Shown: positions 11,903-26,517, counted from the stretch's first letter. The stretch: DNA of 64,000 bases from Eledone cirrhosa (GCA_964016885.1 OZ024747.1:51894001-51958000), one strand, 5' to 3'. The notes: generated from the letters alone by a model not told the origin. Made by a program: numbers and translations.

Positions 11903-11968
11903 TAATTATAGCAGGTACAGCGGAACTTTTTAAAATTTATTTTAAAACTTTTTCTTATTTGCTAAACC

Positions 11969-12115
<147 letters not shown>

Positions 12116-12574
12116 CAGATTGTGCTTCCACGCAGTTTCGTCTATCAAGGGTCACTAACAAAGTATTGTTCAACACAAAACTAAAGTAGAAGCCACGTAA
12201 CCTAAGTACAGACCAGACTGACTTAGCCCGGAACCACGTGACTTCAAAATGACCTCTTTATCCCCGAGGTCATCCCTACAATTATCCATGTCTACATTCA
12301 CTATGGGAGTATAGTCTCAGACTGATCAACATAGATTGATTACTAATGTAATGTCCAGTTTTATATTTAACTGAATATTTTGGTGTGATGTTTAACTGAT
12401 AGTTGATGTAGCGTTGATGCTGGTAATGATGGTTATGGTGGTGATAATGACATATTCCATGATGAGGATAATGAGGATTGTCATGATCAAGATGATGCTA
12501 ACCATCATCATCATAAACATGATCATGATTATAATGATGATGATGAAAACAATATTGATAATGATAATAATAAT

Positions 12575-12935
12575 TGTTTCTACTTTTTGGTACAAGGTCA
12601 GCAATTATCCAGTACATTACTGGTACTTTATTTTATCGACCCCGTAAGGATGAAAGGCAAAGTTAACCTCGGCGGGATTTGAACTCAGACCATAAAGGGC
12701 CGTAACTCTTTGCTGTAAAGCATGGCGTCCGACCCTCTACCGAGTTGGTGGTAATAATAATTGTTTCTACTTTTGGCAGAAGGCCAGCAATTATCCCAGT
12801 GCATTACTGGTACTTTATTTTATCGACCCCGTAAGGATGAAAGGCAAAGTTAACCTCGGCGGGATTTGAATTCAGAATGGCAAGGGCCGTAACTCTATGC
12901 TTGGCGTCCGACCCTCTACCGAAACCGCCAATCCA
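12575..12935 (-). mobile_element. Two tandem OR-like SINEs
   Basis: Two reverse-complement consensus matches (12575-12742, 12760-12935). Confidence 0.85.
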
Positions 12936-13205
12936 CGATGATAATGATAATGATGATAATGATGATGATGATGATAATGATGATGATGATGAAAATGAGT
13001 TTAATCATGGTGTTGACGATAATGATAATGGTGATAACTATGATTTATTATAATGATTATAATGATGATGATGATGATGATGATGATGATATCGATGATG
13101 ATCATTGTGACGATAACGACTATAAAGTCGATGATTAGAATGATACAGGTGAGCCTGATGAAGATGACACCAGTCAGCAAACGACCGTATGATCACCAAT
13201 ATTAC

Positions 13206-13260
<55 letters not shown>

Positions 13261-13920
13261 TCAAATAATAATAATAATTATAATTATTATCATTATTATA
13301 ATAATGATGAGAATGATGAGGATAATAATAGTATAAGAACGACCATCACCATTCTTACCCCCTATCACCACTCCTACCCCACCAACATCACCACCTACCC
13401 TCCCACCACCACCATCACCAGTCCTATCCCACCAACATCACCACTACCATCACCAGTCCTACCTCCCACCACCACCATCATCACCAGTCCTATCCCACCA
13501 ACATCACCACCACCATCACCAGTCATACCCCCCCACACCATCACCAGTCCTATCCCCACCCCACCCCCCACCCACCAACATCATCACCACCATCACCAGT
13601 CCTATCCCACCAACATCACCACCACCAATCACCAGTCCTACCCCCACCACTACCATCACCAGTCCTACCTCCCACCACCACCATCATCACCACCACCACC
13701 AGTCCTACCCCACCAACATCAACATCAGCATGTCCTACCCCCCCCCCATCACCAGTCCTACCCCCCCCCCCCCCCCCACCACCACCACCATCAGCATGTC
13801 CTACCCCCCACCACCACCAGCATTAGTCGTACCCCCCACCACCGCCATCACCAGTCCTACCCCCCCCCCACCATCACCATCACCATCACCAGTCCTAACC
13901 CCCCCCACCCCCACCACTAC
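12936..13920. repeat. (GAT)n, (AGT)n and (CAC)n low-complexity tract
   Basis: Directly visible. Confidence 0.85.
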
Positions 13921-14054
13921 TAATGGTGTTATTGTTGTTGTTGCTGCTATGTCACTTGAATAAACTAAAGTTGATTTATAATGACAAATCTGGTCGGAGA
14001 ATCTGATGTTTTCTACGTGACTCTATTGAACAGTGAAGAAGATATTGATTTCTA

Positions 14055-15100
14055 GCGGTGGTGGTGGTGGTGGTGGTTTGGGTGATGTTAGTGGTGCTGG
14101 TGGTGATTGTGGTGTTGATGGTAGTGGTGGTGGTGGTAGTGGTGGTGGTGTTGGTGGTGGTGCTGGTGGTGGTGGTGGTTTGGGTGATGTTAGTGGTGCT
14201 GGTGGTGATTGTGGTGTTGATGGTAGTGGTGGTGCTGGTGGTGTTGGTGATGTTGGTGGTGTTGGTGATGTTGATGGTGGTGGTGGTGGTGGTGGTGGTG
14301 GTGTTGGTGGTGCTGGTGGTGCTGGTGTTGGTGGTGGTGGTGGTGGTGATGGTGGTGTTGATTTTGGTGATGTTGGTGGTGTTGGTAGTGTTGGTGATGC
14401 TGGTAGTGGTGGTGGTGGTGGTGTTGGTGGTGGTGGTGGTGGTGGTCGTGATGGTGGTGTTGATTTTGGTGATGTTGGTGGTGTTGGTAGTATTGGTGGT
14501 GTTGGTAGTGTTGGTGGTGTTGGTAGTGTTGGTGGTGATGCTGGTGTTAGATTGTGGTGTTGATGGTAGCGTTGGTGGTGTTGGTAGCGGTGGTGGTGGT
14601 GGTCGTGATGGTGGTGGTGATGGTGGTGGTAATGGTAATGGTGGTGGTGGTGGTGGTGATGGTGGTGTTGATTTTGGTGGTGGTGGTGGTGGTGATGATG
14701 GTGATTGTGGTGTTGATGGTAGTGTTGGTGGTGTTGGTGGAGGTGGTGGTGGTGGTGTTGATGGTGGTGGTCGTGAGGGTGGTGGTGATGGTCATGGTGG
14801 TGGTGGTTATGGTTGTTTTTTATGTGGTGTTGTTAATGGTAGCTGTAGTGATGATGGTGTTGGTGAAGCTGATGATGGTGGTGATGGTGGTGTTGTTGTT
14901 GGTGGTGGTGATGGAGCTGGTGGTGGTGGTGGTGGTGATGGTGGGTGTGTTGATGTTGGTGTTAGTATTAGTGAAGTTGGTAGTGGTGGTGGTGGTGGTG
15001 GTGGTGGTGTTGGTTTTGGTATTAGTGAAGGTGGTGAAGGTGTGGTGGTGGTGGTGGTGGTGTTGGTGTTGGTGTTGGTATTAGTGAAGGTGCTGAGGTT
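14055..15100. repeat. (GGT)n low-complexity tract with internal duplications
   Basis: Directly visible. Confidence 0.85.
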
Positions 15101-15466
15101 GTAGTTATGGCGGATGGTGTACAGTAAGGTGTGGTGATAGGGGAAAGGGTATTAGGCGGAAGTAAAGAATGAATGGCTGAACAAACAAACAAACAAGCAA
15201 ACAAACAACTATATAAATAGATAAATAAATAGATAAATAAATAAATAAATGAATAAATAAATAAAAGCGTGTCATTGATTCAAAATAAAACAAAAGATGT
15301 GATAATTATTAGAGTAACTCCTCTTAGGAAGGCTGAAACTCAACCCGTTTCTGACATCTTTCTTTTTATTGTTGTATTTATCAATATGGATGTCATTGTT
15401 GTTGTTATTATATTTATCAATATGTTGTTATTATATTTATCAATACGTTATTATTATATTTATCAA

Positions 15467-15657
15467 TGGCGGTGGATTGGCAGTATCGGTAGAGGGTCGG
15501 ACGCCATGCGTTGACGCATAGAGTTACGCCCCTTGCCATTCTGAGTTAAAATCGCGCCGAGGTTAACTTTGCCTTTCATCCTTACGGGGTCGATAAAATA
15601 AAGTACCAGTAATGTACTGGGATAATTGCTGGCCTTGTGCCAAAATTAGAAACAATT
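15467..15657 (+). mobile_element. OR-like SINE at the start of the 36-bp array
   Basis: Consensus match; array-like units on both sides. Confidence 0.85.
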
Positions 15658-17140
15658 ATATTTATCAATATGGATGTTAGTGTTGTTGTTGTTATTATAT
15701 TTATCAGTATAGATGTTATTGTTGTTGTTATTATATTTATCAATATAGATGTTATTGTTGTTGTTATTATATTTATCAATATGGATGTTATTGTTGTTGT
15801 TATTATATTTATCAATATAGATGTTATTGTTGTTGTTATTATATTTATCAATATGGATGTTATTGTTGTTGTTATTATATTTATCAATATGGATGTTATT
15901 GTTGTTGTTATTATATTTATCAATATGGATGTTATTCTTGTTCTTATTATATTTATCAATATGGATGTTATTGTTGTTGTTATTATATTTATCAATATGG
16001 ATGTTATTGTTGTTGTTATTATATTTATCAGTATAGATGTTATTGTTGTTGTTATTATATTTATCAATATAGATGTTATTGTTGTTGTTATTATATTTAT
16101 CAATATAGATGTTATTGTTGTTGTTATTATATTTATCAGTATAGATGTTATTGTTGTTGTTATTATATTTATCAATATGGATGTTATTGTTGTTGTTATT
16201 ATATTTATCAGTATAGATGTTATTGTTGTTGTTATTATATTTATCAATATAGATGTTATTGTTGTTGTTATTATATTTATCAGTATGGATGTTATTGTTG
16301 TTGTTATTATATTTATCAATATGGATGTTATTGTTGTTGTTATTATATTTATCAATATGGATGTTATTGTTGTTGTTATTATATTTATCAGTATTGATGT
16401 TATTGTTGTTGTTATTATATTTATCAGTATTGATGTTATTGTTGTTGTTATTATATTTATCAGTATTGATGATGTTATTGTTGTTGTTATTATATTTATC
16501 AATATGGATGTTATTGTTGTTGTTATTATATTTATCAATATGGATGTTATTGTTGTTGTTATTATATTTATCAGTATTGATGTTATTGTTGTTGTTATTA
16601 TATTTATCAATATGGATGTCATTGTTGTTGTTATTATATTTATCAATATAGATGTTATTGTTGTTGTTATTATATTTATCAATATTGATGTTATTGTTGT
16701 TGTTATTATATTTATCAATATGGATGTTATTGTTGTTGTTATTATATTTATCAATATTGATGTTATTGTTGTTGTTATTATATTTATCAGTATGGATGTT
16801 GTTGTTGTTGTTATTATATTTATCAATATAGATGTTATTGTTGTTGTTATTATATTTATCAATATTGATGTTATTGTTGTTGTTATTATATTTATCAATA
16901 TGGATGTTATTGTTGTTGTTACTATATTTATCAATATTGATGTTATTGTTGTTGTTATTATATTTATCAGTATGGATGTTATTGTTGTTGTTATTATATT
17001 TATCAATATGGATGTTATTGTTGTTGTTATTATATTTATCAATATGGATGTTATTGTTGTTATTATATTGATCAGTATGGATGTCATTGTTGTTATTATA
17101 TTGATCAGTATAGATGTTATTGTTGTTGTATTCATCAATA
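15658..17140. repeat. Tandem array, 36-bp unit, about 41 copies
   Basis: gatgttattgttgttgttattatatttatcaatatg; 12-aa periodicity in the ORF track. Confidence 0.95.
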
Positions 17141-17270
17141 TGAGTGTTGTTGTTGTTATTGTGAGTGTATGATATCGTTGTTGTTATTGTAAATATGTGT
17201 AATTGTCGTTGTTATTGTAAATGTAACTTATTGTTCCACTGCATCATGGCGAGAACTTCATCAAACGTTC

Positions 17271-18096
17271 TTATATCTGTGGAATATTCCATCTTATATC
17301 TGTGGAATATTCTATCTTATATCTGTGGAATATTCCATCTTATAACTGTGGAATATTCCATCTTATATCTGTGGAATATTCCATCTTGTATCTATGGAAT
17401 ATTCAGTCTTGTATCTATGGAATATTCAGTCTTATATCTGTGGAATATTCCATCTGATATCTGTGGAATATTCCATCTTATATCTATGGAATATTCCATC
17501 TTATATCTGTGGAATATTCCATCTTATATCTGTGGAATATTCAGTCTTGTATCTGTGGAATATGCAGTCTTATATCTATGGAATACTCAGTTTTGTATCT
17601 GTGGAATATTCCATCTTGTATCTGTGGAATATTCTATCTTATATCTGTGGAATATTCCATCTTGTATCTATGGAATATTCAGTCTTGTATCTGTGGAATA
17701 TTCCATCTTGTATCTGTGGAATATTCAGTCTTATATCTGTGGAATATTCCATCTGGTATCTGTGGAATATTCAGTCTTATATCTGTGGAATATCCCATCT
17801 TGTATCTGTGGAATATTCAGTCTTATATCTGTGGAATATTTCATCTTATATCTGTGGAATATTCCATCTTGTATCTATGGAATATCCAGTCTTGTATCTG
17901 TGGAATATTCCATCTTGTATCTGTGGAATATTCAGTCTTATATCTGTGGAATATTCCATCTTGTATCTGTGGAATATTCAGTCTTATATCTGTGGAATAT
18001 TCCATCTCATATCTATGGAATATTCCATCTTGTATCTGTGGAATATTCCATCTTGTATCTGTGGAATATTCCATCTTGTATCTGTGGAATATTCAG
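17271..18096. repeat. Tandem array, 23-bp unit with internal palindrome TGGAATATTCCA
   Basis: ttatatctgtggaatattccatc and variants. Confidence 0.95.
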
Positions 18097-18239
18097 TTAA
18101 TTACAAAGATGAACTGAATCTATGGTTCATATGATCAGCTGTATCATAGACTGTTTCATACAGATTCTCCCTGAGATTTACATTAAGTCTTCGTTGCTGT
18201 TAGTCTTAGTATTATGATGCTCCTTTGTTGTTGCTGTTG

Positions 18240-18640
18240 TTAATGTGTTCCAAGTTACGTTGGTGACTCTTGTTACGCTGGCAATGTGTTCCAAGTTACC
18301 TTGGTGACTGTTGTTACGCTGGTAATGTGTTCCAAGTTACGTTGGTGACTATTGTTACGCTGGTAATGTGCTCGAAGTTACGTTGGTTACTGTTGTTACG
18401 TTGGTAATGTGTTCGAATTTACGATGGCTACTGTTGTTACGCTGGTAATGTGCTCGAAGTTACGTTGGTTACTGTTGTTATGCTGGTAATGTGTTTCAAG
18501 TTACGTTGGTGGCTGTTGTTACGCTGGTAATGTGTTCCAAGTTAAGTTGGTTACTGTTGTTGTTATTATTAGGTTGGCAATGTCTTCGGAGATATGTTGG
18601 TTGTTGTTGTTATTACGCTGGTAATGTGTTCGGAGTTACG
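18240..18640. repeat. Tandem array, 41-bp unit
   Basis: gttacgctggtaatgtgttccaagttacgttggtgactatt; starts at 18313 and 18354. Confidence 0.9.
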
Positions 18641-18679
18641 TTGGTTGTTGTTGTTGTTGTTGTTAGTGGTAGTTGTCAC

Positions 18680-19730
18680 GTTGTTGGTGTTGTTGATGGT
18701 AGTGGTGGTGGTGGTGGTGGCAATGGTTATGTTGGTAATGGTGGGTGTGATTGTGATGGTAGTGTTGGTGCTAGTGTTGTTGTTGATAGTGGTGGTGGTG
18801 GTGGTGGTGGCAATGGTTATGTTGGTAATAGTGGGTGTGATTGTGATGGTAGTGGTGGTGCTAGTGTTGTTGGTAGTGGTGGTGGTGGTGGTGGCAATGG
18901 TTATGTTGGTAATAGTGGGTGTGATTGTGATGGTAGTGGTGGTGCTAGTGTTGTTGTTGGTAGTGGTGGTGGTGGTGGTAGCAATGGTTATGTTGGTAAT
19001 GGTGGGTGTGATTGTGATGGTAGTGGTAGTGCTAGTGTTGTTGTTGGTAGTGGTGGTGGTGGCAATGGTTATGTTTGTAATGGTGGGTGTGATTGTGATG
19101 GTAGTGTTGTTGTTGTTAATGGTATTGGTGGTATTGCTGGTTGTATTGATATTGACGTTAGTGTTGATGATGTTGGTGCTAGTGGTGGTGGTAATATTTG
19201 TGGTGTTGGTGCTAGTAGTGGTAATAATGTTTGTGGTGTTGATGCTAGTAGTATTGGTGACGTTTGTTGTGTTGGTGCTAGTAGTGGTAATAATGTTTGT
19301 GGTGTTGGTTCTAGTAGTATTGGTGACGTTTGTGGTGTTGGTGGTAGTGATGGTGGCAGTGTTTGTGGTGTTGGTATTAGTGGTGGTGGCAATGTTTGTG
19401 ATATGTAATGTTTGTGGTGTTGGTGGTAGTAGAGGTGTTGACGGCGGTGTTGTTGCTAGTGGTGGTAATAATATTTGTGGTGTTGGTGCGAGTAGTGGTG
19501 TTGGTGCTAGTGGTGGTATTGGTGCTAGTGGTGGTGGCAATGTTTTTGGAGTTGGTGCTAGTAGTGGTGGTAATGTTTGTTGTGTTGGTGCTAGTAGAGG
19601 TGGTAATGTTTGTGGTGTTGGTGCGGGTAGTGGTGTTGGTGCTAGTGGTGGTTGCAATGTTTCTGGAGTTGGTGCTAGTAGTGGTGGTAATGTTTGTGGT
19701 GTTGACGATGGTGGTATGAGAGGTGTTGGT
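18680..19730. repeat. GGT/GTT-rich degenerate minisatellites
   Basis: Recurring ggcaatggttatgttggtaat and gtttgtggtgttggtgctagt blocks. Confidence 0.8.
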
Positions 19731-21179
19731 TCATATGGTTGTTTGTTAGTTTTGTTATTGTAGTAGTTTCTATTATATTCGCTGATTAGGTTGGTTGATG
19801 ATATTGTTGATGTTGTCGTCGTTGTTTGTTTTTCAATGAATAGCGTCGTGGCTTTATTTATCTTGTTAGTCATTTATCGATTTCATATTTAGTTTTATTA
19901 CTAATTCCACCGAAAAGGAAACTTGGTGTCATGTGTTTTAATAAAAGATTGATTTTTTTTTTAATTTAATTTTTTTTTTCGGGAAAAATAAAATATAATA
20001 AAAAAAATATCTTTAAAAATAATGAAAAACACATACAAAGAAAACATTTTTTAATGAAATTTAAAGAATGAAAAAAAACTGTTTTGAAATAAATTTGAAA
20101 ATAAAATAAACAATCATTTGTGAATAATTGAAATGGAATTCTTGCTTTTATATATTTTATATAGTAGTTCCAGTTCTTTATTTTTATTTGTTACTATAAT
20201 AAAGTTTTCCTTAATGAAGGGAAAAGTCGTGGGAGGTTATAGGGGGTTATGGGTGGGAGCTGCTCAACTGAATAGTCACGTGATATAGTAGAAAGACAGA
20301 GCTATTTCTTTGACTAAATAACAAACATTTCGAGCGAAAGTTTCTTCTCAATTGTATTTTTTTTTTCTAAACAAATAATAATTTTCTGATCCTCACTTCA
20401 ATGATTTGGACGAAATAATTAGCACTTTATATCAAGTTGTTATCACTCCAGTGTGCACTCACTGACCGTGTGTCAGTCACTGAAGTATTGGTTAAGGAGG
20501 TCAATAGTTTCTAGTCTCACTTTCACAGAACAGAAATTCAAATTTTGATAGAAAATATAAAAAAACGACATTGAAGAAAACTTATGTTAGCTAGTTAAAA
20601 CTCACATATATACCGTTACATTCACTTTAGTTTAACTTCTTCATAGTATGTGTATACCATGAGTATACTGTAACGTGTGTGTATATTATATGTATACTAT
20701 AAAGTATAGCTTTACTATATATATTTTGTATATATAATGTGCGTCTCTATTGTGTGTATAGTATAAAATATATATACCAAAAGTATAAATACCGATGTTT
20801 TTCGCATGCAAAGACCAGGAGAGTAACCGTCTACCCAGAAATTCACCAGATGGCGGATAGGGGAAAGATCTCTAGATATAGATCTTTAAATGTAACAGCA
20901 AATATTGAAATAAGCCATCCTGGAATAAGCACAGGGTTCCTAGTCCTGGGAATACTGGTGAAGACAGAGAAGGCAACATAGTGGATGTACTATCTCGGAG
21001 TAAGAGTAATCTAAATGTAACAACAAATATTGAAATAAGTCATCCTGGACCAATCACAAGGTTCCTAGCCCTAGGGATACTGGTGAAGACTGCATGTTGG
21101 ATGTATTATCTCTGAGAAAGAACCATGATCAACAATGATATTCCTATGATCCTGGACAGAACAACTCATCTGAAATGAA

Positions 21180-21720
21180 TGGCCAGGATCACAAAGACCC
21201 TAACTGCACCATTACTAACATTTAGTGATCTCTTGATCATAGATGTCATTCAGCTACCGAAATATTTGAAATATACAAAAGTCACTGCTGTAGCACTGAT
21301 TGTTTGGAAGGAGTAAACGCCTCATCCTTCTGTTTGTTTGTAACTCTGGGATCGTCTATCAGTTACTTTATACTTACTAATACTTAATATCTGTTGATTC
21401 GCACATTTTTCGCCATGGATTGACTAAACATTCATAACAATGCCTATCCCGTTACTTGATGAGACTAAAGTTGATCTGGTATGTGTGTTCAAATAATTGC
21501 TAAGTAATGAGATGGTTAAGTGGTTTCCTGAAGCTTGTATTGCAAATAGATAGGTAACCGGTATCACAGAACTCCAAGAACCTTCATTCCGTAGAATTTA
21601 TCTAAGCCAGAGAAGCTATCACCGCATTGCTAAATGTAACCATTCAAATAACCTGCTGTAATAACAAGGTTGCTTTCATTCATTATGGAAGTAGTCTGAT
21701 GGAAGGCTTAATTAAAGTGG
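21180..21720 (-). pseudogene. Highly decayed LINE RT remnant, possibly RTE-like
   Basis: Minus-strand FKYFGS motif resembling FKYLGS; many stops. Confidence 0.3.
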
Positions 21721-21814
21721 ACCCCCATTTTATCTCTCAAACCTGAATTGAGAAATAAAACACTCGTGTGTATTCAGTCAGCAATTTTGGTATAGTTTGG
21801 TATATGTGACAATA

Positions 21815-22092
21815 TATATATTATATCATATTATATTATATTATATCATATTATATTATATTATATTATATTATATTATATTATATTATATTATATTATA
21901 TCATATTATATTATATCATATTATATTATATTATATTATATTATATTATATTATATTATATTATATTATATTATATTATATTATATTATATTATATTATA
22001 TTATATTATATTATATTATATTATATTATATTATATTATATTATATTATATTATATTATATTATATTATATTATATTATATTATATTATATT
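21815..22092. repeat. (ATATT)n pentanucleotide microsatellite
   Basis: Directly visible. Confidence 0.97.
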
Positions 22093-22093
22093 A

Positions 22094-22282
22094 GGGGCGG
22101 TAGATTGGCAGTATCGGTAGAGGGTCGGACGCCATGCTATCCAGCATAGTTACGTCCCTTTACGGTCTGAGTTCAAATCCCGCCGTGGTTAGCTTTGCCT
22201 TTCCTCCTTACAGGGTCGATAAAATAAAGTACCAGTAATGCACTGGAATAATTGCTGGCCTTGTGCCAAAAGTATAAAACAA
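22094..22282 (+). mobile_element. OR-like SINE
   Basis: Consensus match. Confidence 0.85.
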
Positions 22283-22295
22283 TTATATTATATTA

Positions 22296-23105
22296 TCTAT
22301 ATATCTAAAACAGAGAATGTCTATCTGTCTGTCCCCCTAAAACTCGAGAACCACCCAACCGATTTTTACACATGTAATACTTATGGTCGTGTGAGTGTTT
22401 TGAGCAAAAAATATTTCAAATTTTCAATGCCCTAGGGACCGCATATTTTAAGCTTTAAAAGCTTTTTTGAGGCATAACGGAACAATAATCCAGGCGATTT
22501 ATTCAAAATGTTCATTACTTATGTAGTTTAAAGTATTTTTAGCAAAAAGGATTTTCTCACTTTTTGCTCCAGGGACCGCATTAGGCGAAAAACCGATTTT
22601 CTGAAGCGTTTTGGTTGCGTTAGGGCTTATAACTCGAGAAGTATCCATGCATTACTTATGTTTCACAAATTTTCTTGACTGAAAAAGATTTCAAATTTTT
22701 GCCCGGGCAGCGCATTGTTTAGAATTTTGGTTGCGTAAGGGCCTGTAACCTTAAAAGTATCCGACTAAATTCCTTCATGCACTCCACCACTGCAGTCCCA
22801 CATGCTTACTGCTCTGTAACTATTGCTTTCATTGTACCATAGCACAACAAATACATGTTCGGTTTGTCGAATGCTTTTTTATTTAACCCTATCGTCTTGG
22901 CTTTCTTGGGTTGAACATTTTACTCTCAGGTACCCAATTAAGTTAAACCCCTGGTAATCTACGACGAATTTTTGTTATAAGCACAAAATGCAGACACCAT
23001 CCCCAGGCCGAGGTATTCCGTACTTCTCTGTACTGTTTCAGAAATGAGGGATAAACATGCCAATCTATGCTTAGAATCCCGAGCAACGCCGCGCCATTCT
23101 GCTAC
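22296..23105 (+). mobile_element. Non-autonomous Helitron
   Basis: 5' A|TCTATATATCTAAAA; 3' hairpin cccgagcaacgccgcg then ctgCTAC|T (degenerate CTAG). Confidence 0.65.
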
Positions 23106-23119
23106 TATTATATTAAAAT

Positions 23120-23311
23120 AAGGGTAGTGGATTGGCAGTATCGGTAGAGCGTCAGATACCATGCTTTGTAGCATAGAGTTATGTCACTTTACGTTCTGAG
23201 TTCAAATCACTCCGAGGTTAAATTTGCCTTTGGTCCTTACGGGCTCGAGAAAGTAAAGTACCAGTAATGCACTGAGTTAATTGCTGGCTTTGTGCCAAAA
23301 GTAGAAACAAT

Positions 23312-23312
<1 letters not shown>
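23120..23312 (+). mobile_element. OR-like SINE
   Basis: Consensus match, diverged. Confidence 0.8.
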
Positions 23313-23410
<98 letters not shown>

Positions 23411-24134
23411 TATGGAAATATATATAGAGAGAGAGGAGGACATGTGGAAAGAGAAGATTATAGAAACCAGAAGTATATGAATATCATCAATGTATTTGTG
23501 TTTCCATATTTGTTGTTTGTTTGTTTTTAAACATCACGTCATAAGTTTCAGTAATAATCATCTCTTAGATTTCACTGGGGAAGCAATCAATTATTAATTT
23601 CTGTTGTAATTTGCTCAATTTAAGCGTTACACTTAACACATCATTACCAGTAGTTTAACAGCAAGAACATCAGTAAGTAAAACAACAATAACAATAACAA
23701 CAACAAAAACAGCAACAACAAGGCTAATAGAAATAATCCTATAGACTAACACAAACCATATCGACAAAAGAATCCCCACAACATAATTTAAAACACATCA
23801 ATTTCTCGCAGTTTAACTTTTTAAGTGATACAAATCTCACTTGTTGAATGATTCTGCTGATAAATTTTCATGTTTTTTCTTTCTTTCGTTTCATTTTTGC
23901 TTGCATCATTTTTTTTTTTTTCCTTGGAAGTTCATTTCTGTAAAAAAAATTACTTCTTTTAAAAAGAAGAGATAAAGATCAGACAATTAAGATGTTTTAA
24001 TAACGTTGTTATTATTGTTATTGTTGTTCTCATACTTATTTTTGCTGATATTGTTGTTTTTGTTGTTATTGTTGTTATTGTTGTTGTTGTCGTCATCATC
24101 ATCATCATCATCCTCATCATCATCATCATCATCA

Positions 24135-24750
24135 TTCTTGGAGTCTCAGTCATTGATGTTATTTAACTGGAAAGTTTGTTCAAATGAACTAAGCCGCTTC
24201 CTGCAGCCTCAGATATTCAGGACGTATCGGAGGGTTCTTGCTGTTCCCAGCAAGCATGCCTTTTGATGTGTTCCGAAAAAGGGAGTTGGACCAACGTTCT
24301 TTAACCATCCTTGAAAACTCTTTGAGATAATACCTAGTTCTCCTATGACAATCGGGACGACCTTGACCTCATGACAGTCCCAAATCCTTTGTAACTCCTA
24401 CTTTAAATCCTAGTATCGGTTAATTTTCTCCTTCTCATTTCCTTGCTCTCTCGTGTCAAAGGGGCAGGCTACATCTACAACCAGACACGATATTTTTTTT
24501 CTTGTCAAAAACCACCAGGTCGGGCCTGTAGTGTTCTAATTTCTTGTCTGTATGTCTTCTGAAATCTCATAGCACCTTCACTTGATCATTTTCTATCACA
24601 GACTCTGGCTTATGCTCATACCACTTCTCAGAATGTGGTAAATTATTTAGTTTGCATAAATGCCAGCGAATCACCTTTCCTATCATATCATGTCTCCAGC
24701 CTTTATAGTGAGTCTGGGCTAGGTGTTTACACTCGGATACGATGTGAGCC

Positions 24751-24824
<74 letters not shown>

Positions 24825-25935
24825 CAGATCCTACACAGTGAGCTAGCCTCCTCCTTGTCAATATGGTGTTTCACCCACTTCGTTCTGAGGGCTTGTTCTT
24901 GTGCAGCCATTAGCATTCCCTCTGTAGCTTTTTTAAGGTCTCGTCAATCAGCCCCATATCTGTGGATCTCGGAATTCCATTTTTTTAAAGAAGGTGCTAT
25001 GAACGGATTTTTCATGAAGGTTGTTCTTCCTCCTTGTTGTTATTTCCTCCTTGGACATCCCCTGCTCTATTGTCTTCTCCTTCAGTACAACTTTCAGCAT
25101 TGGCTCCCTACTCTCGGACACATATTTGTGCAGAGTGCTTTTCTCCATCTGAACACAGTCCTCTATGCTGATAAGACCTCTTCAGATCTGTTTAAATAGA
25201 GTCTATAAACATCACTCCTCCTGTGTAACATGCTGTACGTAGTTATTAGCTTCCTGGTCTTTCTATCCATTTCTTTTTGTTCAGTAACATTCCATTGCAG
25301 AATTCCCGCGCTGTACTTAATAATAGACACAGCTCCGGAATTTACTACAGTTATGACATTCCTACTATTTAGATGTGATTTTAGTATGTTCCTTACTCTC
25401 CTTATGTATTCAGACATTATCAATTCGTTCATTTTTTTTTTCTTGATGTCATCTACCTCCATAACACCCAAATATTTGTATCCTTCTTTAGTGTCGATTT
25501 CCTTTATCATCTCACCTGTTGGTACCTGGATTCCGTTGCTTCTGTTCAATTTACCCCTTTTCATCACTAGGACTCCGCACTTATTAACACCAAATTCCAT
25601 ATATATATATCATTTCTGAAAATACGGGCATTGTTAACAAGTACATCCAATTCCTTCTCACTCTTCCCAAAGAGTTTTAGATCGTCCATGAAGAGGAGGT
25701 GGTTGATGGTAAGCTCTCCTTTTCCCAACTTGAATCCTGCTCTCACTTTTCGCAATATAAGGGACAAGGGTATGAGGGTAAGAACAAACAACAAAGGGGA
25801 CAAAACTATCCCCATAGGAAGATAACTCTCTTGATCTTCACGCCTCCCAATGATTCTCCACCTGATGTTAGCTCTGTTTCCCAGGAGTTCATAATTTTAC
25901 TTAATAGCTGCCTGATGATATCTGCCACCTAGAAG
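24135..25935 (-). mobile_element. 5'-truncated, decayed R4/Dong-like non-LTR retrotransposon (RT, CCHC knuckle, restriction-like endonuclease)
   Basis: LSPLLF, NHLLFMDDLKLFGK, YKYLG, AAQEQAL, CRICG..HIVSEC, RHD, RPDLVV, DVACP motifs, with stops and frameshifts. Confidence 0.88.
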
Positions 25936-25942
25936 ATTATTG

Positions 25943-26282
25943 TTAGAGGGTCGGACGCCATGCTTTGACGCATAGAGTTACGACCCTTGCCATTCTGAGT
26001 TCAAATCCCACCGAGGTTAACTTTGCCTTTCATCCTTACGGGGTCGATAAAATAAAGTACCAGTAATGTACTGGCTAATTTGCTGGCCTTGTGCCAAAAG
26101 TAGAAACAATTATTATTATTATTATTATTATTTAGTTCAAATCCCGCCGTGGTTAACTCTGCCTTTCATCCTTACGGGGTCGGTAAAATAAAGTACCAGT
26201 AATGCACTGGGGTCGATTTAATCGACATCCCCCCCCCAAAAAAAAAAATTGCTGACCTTGTGTCTAAATCAGAAACCATTAT
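25943..26282 (+). mobile_element. Two tandem OR-like SINEs, both 5'-truncated
   Basis: Consensus matches at 25943-26110 and 26133-26282. Confidence 0.85.
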
Positions 26283-26517
26283 TATTATTACTATTTATAT
26301 TGGTGACAGACGTGTGAAAACGTGCAATTGTGAGTTCCAGTAAGTTTGTTGTTTTAAGTTGCTTAAATTGTTATTTCTTCAATTATTATTTTTGTCTCAA
26401 GGGGAACATAAGACATAAGTCTTAGCACTCAAGAAACGAGACCCAATGGTATTTGGGCCGAAGTCCCAAATAATTGAAATTTATTTTTTTAATTTAACGC
26501 CTACAAGCATTTAAAAT

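Noticed and set aside
17271-18096. CRISPR-like short palindromic repeats
   Set aside because: Units are contiguous with no unique spacers, no cas genes, eukaryotic context
15582-18134. Long 246-518 aa ORFs
   Set aside because: Stop-free readings of the 36- and 23-bp satellites; one starts inside a SINE
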